Of a stretch of DNA of 64,000 nt, positions 11,580-25,627 are shown piece after piece. Numbering within the stretch: position 1 is the first letter of the stretch; each line of letters opens with the position of its first letter. Source of the DNA: Eledone cirrhosa (taxonomy: Eukaryota). The notes under the pieces were generated by a model, which had not been told where the DNA came from, made no database searches, and saw only the letters and a program-made list of their open reading frames with translations. The translations under genes were made by a program, and so were the position numbers. The DNA is taken from assembly GCA_964016885.1 (NCBI GenBank), contig OZ024759.1:2480001-2544000 (forward strand), in the 5' to 3' direction.

Positions 11580-14500
11580 CTCACTAGTTGAGGTAACAAA
11601 GAGGTTAAAGTTCTGTTTCACCCATGTTTCTCCCTCCTCACTCCTTGAGGTAACAAAGAGGTTAGAGTTCTGTTTCACCCATGTTGCTACCTCCTCACTA
11701 TTTGAGGTAACGAAAAGGTTAAAGTTCTGTTTCACCCATGTTTCTCTCTCCTCACTATTTGAGGTAACAAAGAGGTTAAAGTTCTGTTTCAGCCATGTTT
11801 CTCCCCCCTCACTAGTTTAGGTAACAAAGAGGTTATAGTTCTGTTTCACCCATGTTTCTCCCTCCTCACTAGTTGAGGTAACAAAGAGGTTAAAGTTCTG
11901 TTTCACACATGTTTCTCCCTCCTTACTAGTTGAGGTAACAATGAGGTTAAAGTTCTGTTTCACCCATGTTTCTACCCCTTACTAATGAGGTAACAAAGAG
12001 CTTAAAGTTCTGTTTCACCCATGTTTCTACCTCCTCACTAGTTGAGGTAACAAAGAGGTTAAAGTTCTGTTTACCCCATGTTTCTCCCTCCTCACTATTT
12101 GATGTAACAAATAGGTTAAAGTTCTGTTTCCCCCATGTTTCTGCCTCCTCACTATTTGAGGTAACAAATAGGTTAGAGCTCTGTTTCACCCATGTTTCTC
12201 CCCCCTCACTAGTTGAGGTAACAAAGAGGTTAAAGTTCTGTTTCACCCATGTTTCTACCTCCTCACTAATTGAGGTAACAAAGAGGTTAAAGTTCTGTTT
12301 CACCCATGTTTCTCCCTCCTCATTAGTTGAGGTAACAAAGAGGTTAAAGTTCTGTTTCACACATGTTCTCCCTCCTTACTAGTTGAGGTAAAAATGAGGT
12401 TAAAGTTCTGTTTCACCCATGTTTCTACCCCTTACTAGTTGATGTAACAAAGAGGTTAAAGTTCTGTTTCACCCATGTTTCTACCTCCTAACTAGTTGAG
12501 GTAACAAAGAGGTTAAAGTTCTGTTTCACCCATGTTTCTACCTCCTCACTATTTGAGGTAACAAAGAGGTTAAAGTTCTGTTTCACTCATGTTTCTCCCT
12601 CCTCATTAGTTGAGGTAACAAAGAGGTTAAAATTCTGTTTCACCCATGTTTCTCCCTCCTCAGTAGATGAGGTAACAAAGAGGTTAAAGTTCTGTTTCAC
12701 CCATGTTTCTCACTCCTCACTAGTTGAGGTAACAAAGAGGTTAAAGTTCTGTTTCACCCATGTTTCTACCTCCTCACTAGTTGAGGTAACAAATAGGTTA
12801 AAGTTCTGTTTACCCCATGTTTCTCACTCCTCACTATTGAGGTAACAAAGAGGTTAAAGTTCTGTTTCACACATGTTTCTCCCTCCTTACTAGTTGAGGT
12901 AACAATGAGGTTAAAGTTCTGTTTCGCCCATGTTTCTACCCCTTACTAGTTGAGGTAACAAAGAGGTTAAAGTTCTGTTTCACCCATGTTTCTACCTCCT
13001 CACTAGTTGAGGTAACAAAGAGGTTAAAGTTATGTTTCCCCCATGTTTCTCCCTCCTCACTAGTTGAGGTAACAAAGAGGTTGAAGTTCTGTTTCACCCA
13101 TGTTTCTACCTTCCTCACTATTTGAGGTAACAAAGAGGTTAAAGTTCTGTTTCACCCATGTTTCTACCTCCTCACTAGTTGAGGTAACAAAGAGGTTAAA
13201 GTTCTGTTTCACCCAAGTTTCTCCCTCCTCACTAGTTGAGGTAACAAAGAGGTTAAAGTTCTGTTTCACCCATGTTTCTCACCCCTCACTAGTTGAGGTA
13301 ACAAAGAGGTTAAAGTTCTGTTTCACCCATGTTTCTACCTCCACACTAGTTGAGGTAACAAAGGGGTTAAAGTTCTGTTTCACACATGTTTCTCCCTCCT
13401 TACTAGTTGAGGTAACAATGATGTTAAAGTTCTGTTTCACCCATGTTACTACCCCTTACTAGTTTAGGTAACAAAGAGATTAAAGTTCTGTTTCACCCCT
13501 GTTTCTACCTCCTCACTATTTGAGGTAACAAAGAGGTTAAAGTTCTGTTTCCCCCATGTTTCTCCCTCCTCACTATTTGAGGTAACAAATAGGTTAAAGT
13601 TCTGTTTCAGCCATGTTTCTCCCCCCTCACTAGTTTAGGTAACAAAGAGGTTAAAGTTCTGTTTCACCCATGTTTCTCCCTCCTCACTAGTTGAGGTAAC
13701 AAAGAGGTTAAAGTTCTGTTTCACCCATGTTTCTCCCTCCTCACTAGTTGAGGTAACAAAGAGGTTAAAGTTCTGTTTCACCCATGTTTCTCCCTCCTCA
13801 CTAGTTGAGGTAACAAAGAGGTTAAAGTTCTGTTTCACACATGTTTCTCCCTCCTCACTAGTTGAGGTAACAAAGAGGTTGAAGTTCTGTTTCACCCATG
13901 TTTCTACCTTCCTCACTATTTGAGGTAACAAAGAGGTTAAAGTTCTGTTTCACCCATGTTTCTACCTCCTCACTAGTTGAGGTAACAAAGAGGTTAAAGT
14001 TCTGTTTCACCCATGTTTCTCCCTCCTCACTAGTTGAGGTAACAAAGAGGTTAAAGTTCTGTTTCACCCATGTTTCTCCCTCCTCACTAGTTGAGGTAAC
14101 AAAGAGGTCAAAGTTCTGTTTCACCCATGTTTCTCCTTCCTTACCATTTGAGGTAACAAAGAGTTTAAAGTTCTGTTTCACCCATGTTCTCCCTCCTCAC
14201 TAGTTGAGGTAACAAAGAGGTTAGAGTTCTGTTTCACCCATTTTGCTACCTCCTCACTATTTGAGGTAACGAAAAGGTTAAAGTTCTGTTTCACCCATGT
14301 TTCTCTCTCCTCACTATTTGAGGTAACAAAGGGGTTAAAGTTCTGTTTCACCCATGTTCCCCCCCCCTCACTAGTTTAGGTAACAAAGAGGTTAAAGTTC
14401 TGTTTCACCCATGTTTCTCCCTCCTCACTAGTTGAGGTAACAAAGAGGTTAAAGTTCTGTTTCACACATGTTTCTCCCTCCTTACTAGTTGAGGTAACAA

Positions 14501-14876
14501 TGAGGTTAAAGTTCTGTTTCACCCATGTTTCTACCCCTTACTAATGAGGTAACAAAGAGCTTAAAGTTCTGTTTCACCCATGTTTCTACCTCCTCACTAG
14601 TTGAGGTAACAAAGAGGTTAAAGTTCTGTTTACCCCATGTTTCTCCCTCCTCACTATTTGATGTAACAAATAGGTTAAAGTTCTGTTTCCCCCATGTTTC
14701 TGCCTCCTCACTATTTGAGGTAACAAATAGGTTAGAGTTCTGTTTCACCCATGTTTCTCACCCCTCACTAGTTGAGGTAACAAAGAGGTTAAAGTTCTGT
14801 TTCAGCCATGTTTCTCCCTCCTCTTTAGTTGAGGTAACAAAGAGGTTAAAGTTCTGTTTCACACATGTTCTCCCTC
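11580..14876. repeat. ~3.3-kb block, slightly more diverged copy of the unit at ~15890-19187 (offset 4317-4319 bp)
   Basis: ORF pairs 11947/16265, 12936/17254, 13060/17378, 13858/18175, 14506/18825. Shared markers GGTTATAGTT, CAGTAGATGAGG, AAGTTATGTTT, CCCAAGTTT, CTCCACACTAG and the poly-C monomer. Confidence 0.88.
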
Positions 14877-15889
14877 CTTACTAGTTGAGGTAAAAATGAG
14901 GTTAAAGTTCTGTTTCACCCATGTTTCTACCCCTTACTAGTTGATGTAACAAAGAGGTTAAAGTTCTGTTTCACCCATGTTTCTACCTCCTCACTAGTTG
15001 AGGTAACAAAGAGGTTAAAGTTCTGTTTCCCCCATGTTTCTCCCTCCTCACTATTTGAGGTAACAAATAGGTTAAAGTTCTGTTTCACCCATGTTTCTAC
15101 CCCTTACTAGTTGATGTAACAAATAGGTTAAAGTTCTGTTTCACCCATGTTCTACCTGCTCACTAGTTGAGGTAACAAAGAGGTTAAAGTTCTGTTTCAT
15201 TCATGTTTCTCCCTCCTCACTATTGAGGTAACAAAGAGGTTAAAGTTCTGTTTCACACATGTTCTCCCTCCTTTCTAGTTGAGGTAAATATGAGGTTAAA
15301 GTTCTGTTTCACCCATGTTTCTACCCCTTACTAGTTGATGTAACAAAGAGGTTAAAGTTCTGTTTCACCCATGTTTCTACCTCCTTACTAGTTGAGGTAA
15401 CAAAGAGGTTAAAGTTCTGTTTCCCCCATGTTTCTCCCTCCTCACTATTTGAGGTAACAAATAGGTTAAAGTTCTGTTTCAGCCATGTTTCTCCCCCCTC
15501 ACTAGTTTAGGTAACAAAGAGGTTAAAGTTCTGTTTCACCCATGTTTCTCCCTCCTCATTAGTTGAGGTAACAAAGAGGTTAAAGTTCTGTTTCCCCCAT
15601 GTTTCTCCCTCCTCACTATTTGAGGTAACAAATAGGTTAAAGTTCTGTTTCAGCCATGTTTCTCCCCCCTCACTAGTTTAGGTAACAAAGAGGTTAAAGT
15701 TCTGTTTCACCCATGTTTCTCCCTCCTCACTAGTTGAGGTAACAAAGAGGTTGAAGTTCTGTTTCACCCATGTTTCTACCTTCCTCACTATTTGAGGTAA
15801 CAAAGAGGTTAAAGTTCTGTTTCACCCATGTTTCTACCTCCTCAGTAGTTGAGGTAACAAAGAGGTTAAAGTTCTGTTTCACCCATGTT

Positions 15890-18800
15890 TCTCCCTCCTC
15901 ACTAGTTGAGGTAACAAAGAGGTTAAAGTTCTGTTTCACCCATGTTTCTCCCTCCTCACTCCTTGAGGTAACAAAGAGGTTAGAGTTCTGTTTCACCCAT
16001 GTTGCTACCTCCTCACTATTTGAGGTAACGAAAAGGTTAAAGTTCTGTTTCACCCATGTTTCTCTCTCCTCACTATTTGAGGTAACAAAGAGGTTAAAGT
16101 TCTGTTTCAGCCATGTTTCTCCACCCTCACTAGTTTAGGTAACAAAGAGGTTATAGTTCTGTTTCACCCATGTTTCTCCCTCCTCACTAGTTGAGGTAAC
16201 AAAGAGGTTAAAGTTCTGTTTCACACATGTTTCTCCCTCCTTACTAGTTGAGGTAACAATGAGGTTAAAGTTCTGTTTCACCCATGTTTCTACCCCTTAC
16301 TAATGAGGTAACAAAGAGCTTAAAGTTCTGTTTCACCCATGTTTCTACCTCCTCACTAGTTGAGGTAACAAAGAGGTTAAAGTTCTGTTTACCCCATGTT
16401 TCTCCCTCCTCACTATTTGATGTAACAAATAGGTTAAAGTTCTGTTTCCCCCATGTTTCTGCCTCCTCACTATTTGAGGTAACAAATAGGTTAGAGCTCT
16501 GTTTCACCCATGTTTCTCCCCCCTCACTAGTTGAGGTAACAAAGAGGTTAAAGTTCTGTTTCACCCATGTTTCTACCTCCTCACTAATTGAGGTAACAAA
16601 GAGGTTAAAGTTCTGTTTCACCCATGTTTCTCCCTCCTCATTAGTTGAGGTAACAAAGAGGTTAAAGTTCTGTTTCACACATGTTCTCCCTCCTTACTAG
16701 TTGAGGTAAAAATGAGGTTAAAGTTCTGTTTCACCCATGTTTCTACCCCTTACTAGTTGATGTAACAAAGAGGTTAAAGTTCTGTTTCACCCATGTTTCT
16801 ACCTCCTAACTAGTTGAGGTAACAAAGAGGTTAAAGTTCTGTTTCACCCATGTTTCTACCTCCTCACTATTTGAGGTAACAAAGAGGTTAAAGTTCTGTT
16901 TCACCCATGTTTCTCCCTCCTCATTAGTTGAGGTAACAAAGAGGTTAAAATTCTGTTTCACCCATGTTTCTCCCTCCTCAGTAGATGAGGTAACAAAGAG
17001 GTTAAAGTTCTGTTTCACCCATGTTTCTCACTCCTCACTAGTTGAGGTAACAAAGAGGTTAAAGTTCTGTTTCACCCATGTTTCTACCTCCTCACTAGTT
17101 GAGGTAACAAAGAGGTTAAAGTTCTGTTTACCCCATGTTTCTCACTCCTCACTATTGAGGTAACAAAGAGGTTAAAGTTCTGTTTCACACATGTTTCTCC
17201 CTCCTTACTAGTTGAGGTAACAATGAGGTTAAAGTTCTGTTTCACCCATGTTTCTACCCCTTACTAGTTGAGGTAACAAAGAGGTTAAAGTTCTGTTTCA
17301 CCCATGTTTCTACCTCCTCACTAGTTGAGGTAACAAAGAGGTTAAAGTTATGTTTCCCCCATGTTTCTCCCTCCTCACTAGTTGAGGTAACAAAGAGGTT
17401 GAAGTTCTGTTTCACCCATGTTTCTACCTTCCTCACTATTTGAGGTAACAAAGAGGTTAAAGTTCTGTTTCACCCATGTTTCTACCTCCTCACTAGTTGA
17501 GGTAACAAAGAGGTTAAAGTTCTGTTTCACCCAAGTTTCTCCCTCCTCACTAGTTGAGGTAACAAAGAGGTTAAAGTTCTGTTTCACCCATGTTTCTCAC
17601 CCCTCACTAGTTGAGGTAACAAAGAGGTTAAAGTTCTGTTTCACCCATGTTTCTACCTCCACACTAGTTGAGGTAACAAAGAGGTTAAAGTTCTGTTTCA
17701 CACATGTTTCTCCCTCCTTACTAGTTGAGGTAACAATGAGGTTAAAGTTCTGTTTCACCCATGTTACTACCCCTTACTAGTTTAGGTAACAAAAGATTAA
17801 AGTTCTGTTTCACCCCTGTTTCTACCTCCTCACTATTTGAGGTAACAAAGAGGTTAAAGTTCTGTTTCCCCCATGTTTCTCCCTCCTCACTATTTGAGGT
17901 AACAAATAGGTTAAAGTTCTGTTTCAGCCATGTTTCTCCCCCCTCACTAGTTTAGGTAACAAAGAGGTTAAAGTTCTGTTTCACCCATGTTTCTCCCTCC
18001 TCACTAGTTGAGGTAACAAAGAGGTTAAAGTTCTGTTTCACCCATGTTTCTCCCTCCTCACTAGTTGAGGTAACAAAGAGGTTAAAGTTCTGTTTCACCC
18101 ATGTTTCTCCCTCCTCACTAGTTGAGGTAACAAAGAGGTTAAAGTTCTGTTTCACCCATGTTTCTCCCTCCTCACTAGTTGAGGTAACAAAGAGGTTGAA
18201 GTTCTGTTTCACCCATGTTTCTACCTTCCTCACTATTTGAGGTAACAAAGAGGTTAAAGTTCTGTTTCACCCATGTTTCTACCTCCTCACTAGTTGAGGT
18301 AACAAAGAGGTTAAAGTTCTGTTTCACCCATGTTTCTCCCTCCTCACTAGTTGAGGTAACAAAGAGGTTAAAGTTCTGTTTCACCCATGTTTCTCCCTCC
18401 TCACTAGTTGAGGTAACAAAGAGGTCAAAGTTCTGTTTCACCCATGTTTCTCCTTCCTTACCATTTGAGGTAACAAAGAGTTTAAAGTTCTGTTTCACCC
18501 ATGTTCTCCCTCCTCACTAGTTGAGGTAACAAAGAGGTTAGAGTTCTGTTTCACCCATTTTGCTACCTCCTCACTATTTGAGGTAACGAAAAGGTTAAAG
18601 TTCTGTTTCACCCATGTTTCTCTCTCCTCACTATTTGAGGTAACAAAGGGGTTAAAGTTCTGTTTCACCCATGTTCCCCCCCCCCCTCACTAGTTTAGGT
18701 AACAAAGAGGTTAAAGTTCTGTTTCACCCATGTTTCTCCCTCCTCACTAGTTGAGGTAACAAAGAGGTTAAAGTTCTGTTTCACACATGTTTCTCCCTCC

Positions 18801-21800
18801 TTACTAGTTGAGGTAACAATGAGGTTAAAGTTCTGTTTCACCCATGTTTCTACCCCTTACTAATGAGGTAACAAAGAGCTTAAAGTTCTGTTTCACCCAT
18901 GTTTCTACCTCCTCACTAGTTGAGGTAACAAAGAGGTTAAAGTTCTGTTTACCCCATGTTTCTCCCTCCTCACTATTTGATGTAACAAATAGGTTAAAGT
19001 TCTGTTTCCCCCATGTTTCTGCCTCCTCACTATTTGAGGTAACAAATAGGTTAGAGTTCTGTTTCACCCATGTTTCTCACCCCTCACTAGTTGAGGTAAC
19101 AAAGAGGTTAAAGTTCTGTTTCAGCCATGTTTCTCCCTCCTCTTTAGTTGAGGTAACAAAGAGGTTAAAGTTCTGTTTCACACATGTTCTCCCTCCTCAC
19201 TAGTTGAGGTAACAAAGAGGTTAAAGTTCTGTTTCACCCATGTTTCTCCCTCCTCACTCCTTGAGGTAACAAAGAGGTTAGAGTTCTGTTTCACCCATGT
19301 TGCTACCTCCTCACTATTTGAGGTAACGAAAAGGTTAAAGTTCTGTTTCACCCATGTTTCTCTCTCCTCACTATTTGAGGTAACAAAGAGGTTAAAGTTC
19401 TGTTTCAGCCATGTTTCTCCACCCTCACTAGTTTAGGTAACAAAGAGGTTATAGTTCTGTTTCACCCATGTTTCTCCCTCCTCACTAGTTGAGGTAACAA
19501 AGAGGTTAAAGTTCTGTTTCACACATGTTTCTCCCTCCTTACTAGTTGAGGTAACAATGAGGTTAAAGTTCTGTTTCACCCATGTTTCTACCCCTTACTA
19601 ATGAGGTAACAAAGAGCTTAAAGTTCTGTTTCACCCATGTTTCTACCTCCTCACTAGTTGAGGTAACAAAGAGGTTAAAGTTCTGTTTACCCCATGTTTC
19701 TCCCTCCTCACTATTTGATGTAACAAATAGGTTAAAGTTCTGTTTCCCCCATGTTTCTGCCTCCTCACTATTTGAGGTAACAAATAGGTTAGAGCTCTGT
19801 TTCACCCATGTTTCTCCCCCCTCACTAGTTGAGGTAACAAAGAGGTTAAAGTTCTGTTTCACCCATGTTTCTACCTCCTCACTAATTGAGGTAACAAAGA
19901 GGTTAAAGTTCTGTTTCACCCATGTTTCTCCCTCCTCATTAGTTGAGGTAACAAAGAGGTTAAAGTTCTGTTTCACACATGTTCTCCCTCCTTACTAGTT
20001 GAGGTAAAAATGAGGTTAAAGTTCTGTTTCACCCATGTTTCTACCCCTTACTAGTTGATGTAACAAAGAGGTTAAAGTTCTGTTTCACCCATGTTTCTAC
20101 CTCCTAACTAGTTGAGGTAACAAAGAGGTTAAAGTTCTGTTTCACCCATGTTTCTACCTCCTCACTATTTGAGGTAACAAAGAGGTTAAAGTTCTGTTTC
20201 ACCCATGTTTCTCCCTCCTCATTAGTTGAGGTAACAAAGAGGTTAAAATTCTGTTTCACCCATGTTTCTCCCTCCTCAGTAGATGAGGTAACAAAGAGGT
20301 TAAAGTTCTGTTTCACCCATGTTTCTCACTCCTCACTAGTTGAGGTAACAAAGAGGTTAAAGTTCTGTTTCACCCATGTTTCTACCTCCTCACTAGTTGA
20401 GGTAACAAAGAGGTTAAAGTTCTGTTTACCCCATGTTTCTCACTCCTCACTATTGAGGTAACAAAGAGGTTAAAGTTCTGTTTCACACATGTTTCTCCCT
20501 CCTTACTAGTTGAGGTAACAATGAGGTTAAAGTTCTGTTTCACCCATGTTTCTACCCCTTACTAGTTGAGGTAACAAAGAGGTTAAAGTTCTGTTTCACC
20601 CATGTTTCTACCTCCTCACTAGTTGAGGTAACAAAGAGGTTAAAGTTATGTTTCCCCCATGTTTCTCCCTCCTCACTAGTTGAGGTAACAAAGAGGTTGA
20701 AGTTCTGTTTCACCCATGTTTCTACCTTCCTCACTATTTGAGGTAACAAAGAGGTTAAAGTTCTGTTTCACCCATGTTTCTACCTCCTCACTAGTTGAGG
20801 TAACAAAGAGGTTAAAGTTCTGTTTCACCCAAGTTTCTCCCTCCTCACTAGTTGAGGTAACAAAGAGGTTAAAGTTCTGTTTCACCCATGTTTCTCACCC
20901 CTCACTAGTTGAGGTAACAAAGAGGTTAAAGTTCTGTTTCACCCATGTTTCTACCTCCACACTAGTTGAGGTAACAAAGAGGTTAAAGTTCTGTTTCACA
21001 CATGTTTCTCCCTCCTTACTAGTTGAGGTAACAATGAGGTTAAAGTTCTGTTTCACCCATGTTACTACCCCTTACTAGTTTAGGTAACAAAAGATTAAAG
21101 TTCTGTTTCACCCCTGTTTCTACCTCCTCACTATTTGAGGTAACAAAGAGGTTAAAGTTCTGTTTCCCCCATGTTTCTCCCTCCTCACTATTTGAGGTAA
21201 CAAATAGGTTAAAGTTCTGTTTCAGCCATGTTTCTCCCCCCTCACTAGTTTAGGTAACAAAGAGGTTAAAGTTCTGTTTCACCCATGTTTCTCCCTCCTC
21301 ACTAGTTGAGGTAACAAAGAGGTTAAAGTTCTGTTTCACCCATGTTTCTCCCTCCTCACTAGTTGAGGTAACAAAGAGGTTAAAGTTCTGTTTCACCCAT
21401 GTTTCTCCCTCCTCACTAGTTGAGGTAACAAAGAGGTTAAAGTTCTGTTTCACCCATGTTTCTCCCTCCTCACTAGTTGAGGTAACAAAGAGGTTGAAGT
21501 TCTGTTTCACCCATGTTTCTACCTTCCTCACTATTTGAGGTAACAAAGAGGTTAAAGTTCTGTTTCACCCATGTTTCTACCTCCTCACTAGTTGAGGTAA
21601 CAAAGAGGTTAAAGTTCTGTTTCACCCATGTTTCTCCCTCCTCACTAGTTGAGGTAACAAAGAGGTTAAAGTTCTGTTTCACCCATGTTTCTCCCTCCTC
21701 ACTAGTTGAGGTAACAAAGAGGTCAAAGTTCTGTTTCACCCATGTTTCTCCTTCCTTACCATTTGAGGTAACAAAGAGTTTAAAGTTCTGTTTCACCCAT

Positions 21801-22486
21801 GTTCTCCCTCCTCACTAGTTGAGGTAACAAAGAGGTTAGAGTTCTGTTTCACCCATTTTGCTACCTCCTCACTATTTGAGGTAACGAAAAGGTTAAAGTT
21901 CTGTTTCACCCATGTTTCTCTCTCCTCACTATTTGAGGTAACAAAGGGGTTAAAGTTCTGTTTCACCCATGTTCCCCCCCCCCCCTCACTAGTTTAGGTA
22001 ACAAAGAGGTTAAAGTTCTGTTTCACCCATGTTTCTCCCTCCTCACTAGTTGAGGTAACAAAGAGGTTAAAGTTCTGTTTCACACATGTTTCTCCCTCCT
22101 TACTAGTTGAGGTAACAATGAGGTTAAAGTTCTGTTTCACCCATGTTTCTACCCCTTACTAATGAGGTAACAAAGAGCTTAAAGTTCTGTTTCACCCATG
22201 TTTCTACCTCCTCACTAGTTGAGGTAACAAAGAGGTTAAAGTTCTGTTTACCCCATGTTTCTCCCTCCTCACTATTTGATGTAACAAATAGGTTAAAGTT
22301 CTGTTTCCCCCATGTTTCTGCCTCCTCACTATTTGAGGTAACAAATAGGTTAGAGTTCTGTTTCACCCATGTTTCTCACCCCTCACTAGTTGAGGTAACA
22401 AAGAGGTTAAAGTTCTGTTTCAGCCATGTTTCTCCCTCCTCTTTAGTTGAGGTAACAAAGAGGTTAAAGTTCTGTTTCACACATGT
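15890..22486. repeat. Direct tandem duplication of a 3298-bp unit (~58 monomers): ~15890-19187 and ~19188-22486
   Basis: ORF pairs 16265/19563, 16806/20104, 17378/20676, 17761/21059, 18175/21473. Private variants CTCCACCCTCAC (~16119/~19417) and the AACAAAAGATTA 1-bp deletion (~17788/~21086) were seen only in these two copies. The poly-C tract differs (C11 vs C12). Confidence 0.93.
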
Positions 22487-25400
22487 TCTCCCTCCTTACT
22501 AGTTGAGGTAAAAATGAGGTTAAAGTTCTGTTTCACCCATGTTTCTACCCCTTACTAGTTGATGTAACAAAGAGGTTAAAGTTCTGTTTCACCCATGTTT
22601 CTACCTCCTCACTAGTTGAGGTAACAAAGAGGTTAAAGTTCTGTTTCCCCCATGTTTCTCCCTCCTCACTATTTGAGGTAACAAATAGGTTAAAGTTCTG
22701 TTTCACCCATGTTTCTACCCCTTACTAGTTGATGTAACTAAGAGGTTAAAGTTCTGTTTCACCCATGTTTCTACCTCCTTACTAGTTGAGGTAACAAAGA
22801 GGTTAAAGTTCTGTTTCCCCCATGTTTCTCCCTCCTCACTATTTGAGGTAACAAATAGGTTAAAGTTCTGTTACAGCCATGTTTCTCCCCCCTCACTAGT
22901 TTAGGTAACAAAGAGGTTAAAGTTCTGTTTCACCCATGTTTCTCCCTCCTCACTAGTTGAGGTAACAAAGAGGTTGAAGTTCTGTTTCACCCATGTTTCT
23001 ACCTTCCTCACTATTTGAGGTAACAAAGAGGTTAAAGTTCTGTTTCACCCATGTTTCTACCTCCTCAGTAGTTGAGGTAACAAAGAGGTTAAATTTCTGT
23101 TTCACCCATGTTTCTCCCTCCTCACTAGTTGAGGTAACAAAGAGGTTAAAGTTCTGTTTCACCCATGTTTCTCCCTCCTCACTCCTTGAGGTAACAAAGA
23201 GGTTAGAGTTCTGTTTCACCCATGTTGCTACCTCCTCACTATTTGAGGTAACGAAAAGGTTAAAGTTCTGTTTCACCCATGTTTCTCTCTCCTCACTATT
23301 TGAGGTAACAAAGAGGTTAAAGTTCTGTTTCACCCATGTTTCTCCCTCCTCACTAGTTGAGGTAACAAAGAGGTTAAAGTTCTGTTTCACACATGTTTCT
23401 CCCTCCTTACTAGTTGAGGTAACAATGAGGTTAAAGTTCTGTTTCACCCATGTTTCTACCCCTTACTAATGAGGTAACAAAGAGCTTAAAGTTCTGTTTC
23501 ACCCATGTTTCTACCTCCTCATTAGTTGAGGTAACAAAGAGGTTAAAGTTCTGTTTACCCCATGTTTCTCCCTCCTCATTATTTGATGTAACAAATAGGT
23601 TAAAGTTCTGTTTCCCCCATGTTTCTGCCTCCTCACTATTTGAGGTAACAAATAGGTTAGAGCTCTGTTTCACCCATGTTTCTCCCCCCTCACTAGTTGA
23701 GGTAACAAAGAGGTTAAAGTTCTGTTTCACCCATGTTTCTACCTCCTCACTAATTGAGGTAACAAAGAGGTTAAAGTTCTGTTTCACCCATGTTTCTCCC
23801 TCCTCATTAGTTGAGGTAACAAAGAGGTTAAAGTTCTGTTTCACACATGTTCTCCCTCCTTACTAGTTGAGGCAAAAATGAGGTTAAAGTTCTGTTTCAC
23901 CCATGTTTCTACCCCTTACTAGTTGATGTAACAAAGAGGTTAAAGTTCTGTTTCACCCATGTTTCTACCTCCTAACTAGTTGAGGTAACAAAGAGGTTAA
24001 AGTTCTGTTTCCCCCATGTTTCTCCCTCCTCACTATTTGAGGTAACAAATAGGTTAAAGTTCTGTTTCAGCCATGTTTCTCCCCCCTCACTAGTTTGGGT
24101 AACAAAGAGGTTAAAGTTCTGTTTCACCCATGTTTCTCCCTCCTCACTAGTTGATGTAACAAAGAGGTTAAAGTTCTGTTTCACCCATGTTTCTACCTCC
24201 TTACTAGTTGAGGTAACAAAGAGGTTAAAGTTCTGTTTCCCCCATGTTTCTCCCTCCTCACTATTTGAGGTAACAAATAGGTTAAAGTTCTGTTTCAGCC
24301 ATGTTTCTCCCCCCTCACTAGTTTAGGTAACAAAGAGGTTAAAGTTCTGTTTCACCCATGTTTCTCCCTCCTCACTAGTTGAGGTAACAAAGAGGTTGAA
24401 GTTCTGTTTCACCCATGTTTCTACCTTCCTCACTATTTGAGGTAACAAAGAGGTTAAAGTTCTGTTTCACCCATGTTTCTACCTCCCCACTAGTTGAGGT
24501 AACAAAGAGGTTAAAGTTCTGTTTCACCCATGTTTCTCACTCCTCACTAGTTGAGGTAACAAAGAGGTTAAAGTTCTATTTCCCCCCATGTTTCTGCCTC
24601 CTCACTATTTGAGGTAACAAATAGGTTAGAGTTCTGTTTCACCCATGTTTCTCCCCCCTCACTAGTTGAGGTAACAAAGAGGTTAAAGTTCTGTTTCACC
24701 CATGTTTCTACCTCCTCACTAGTTGAGGTAACAAAGAGGTTAAAGTTCTGTTTCACCCATGTTTCTCCCTCCTCATTAGTTGAGGTAACAAAGAGGTTAA
24801 AGTTCTGTTTCACACATGTTCTCCCTCCTTACTAGTTGAGGTAAAAATGAGGTTAAAGTTCTGTTTCACCCATGTTTCTACCCCTTACTAGTTGATGTAA
24901 CAAATAGGTTAAAGTTCTGTTTCAGCCATGTTTCTCCCCCCTCACTAGTTTGGGTAACAAAGAGGTTAAAGTTCTGTTTCACCCATGTTTCTCCCTCCTC
25001 ACTAGTTGAGGTAACAAAGAGGTTGAAGTTCTGTTTCACCCATGTTCTACCTCCTCACTAGTTGAGGTAACAAAGAGGTTAAAGTTCTGTTTCATTCATG
25101 TTTCTCCCTCCTCACTATTGAGGTAACAAAGAGGTTAAAGTTCTGTTTCACACATGTTCTCCCTCCTTACTAGTTGATGTAAAAATGAGGTTAAAGTTCT
25201 GTTTCACCCATGTTTCTCTCTCCTCACTATTTGAGGTAACAAAGAGGTTAAAGTTCTGTTTCACCCATGTTTCTACCTCCTCACTATTTGAGGTAACAAA
25301 GAGGTTAAAGTTCTGTTTCACCCATGTTTCTCCCTCCTCATTAGTTGAGGTAACAAAGAGGTTAAAGTTCTGTTTCCCCCATGTTTTTCCCTCCTCACTA

Positions 25401-25627
25401 TTTGAGGTAACAAATAGGTTAAAGTTCTGTTTCAGCCATGTTTCTCCCCCCTCACTAGTTTAGGTAACAAAGAGGTTAAAGTTCTGTTTCACCCATGTTT
25501 CTCCCTCCTCACTAGTTGAGGTAACAAAGAGGTTGATGTTCTGTTTCACCCATGTTTCTACCTTCCTCACTATTTGAGGTAACAAAGAGGTTAAAGTTCT
25601 GTTTCACCCATGTTTCTACCTCCTCAG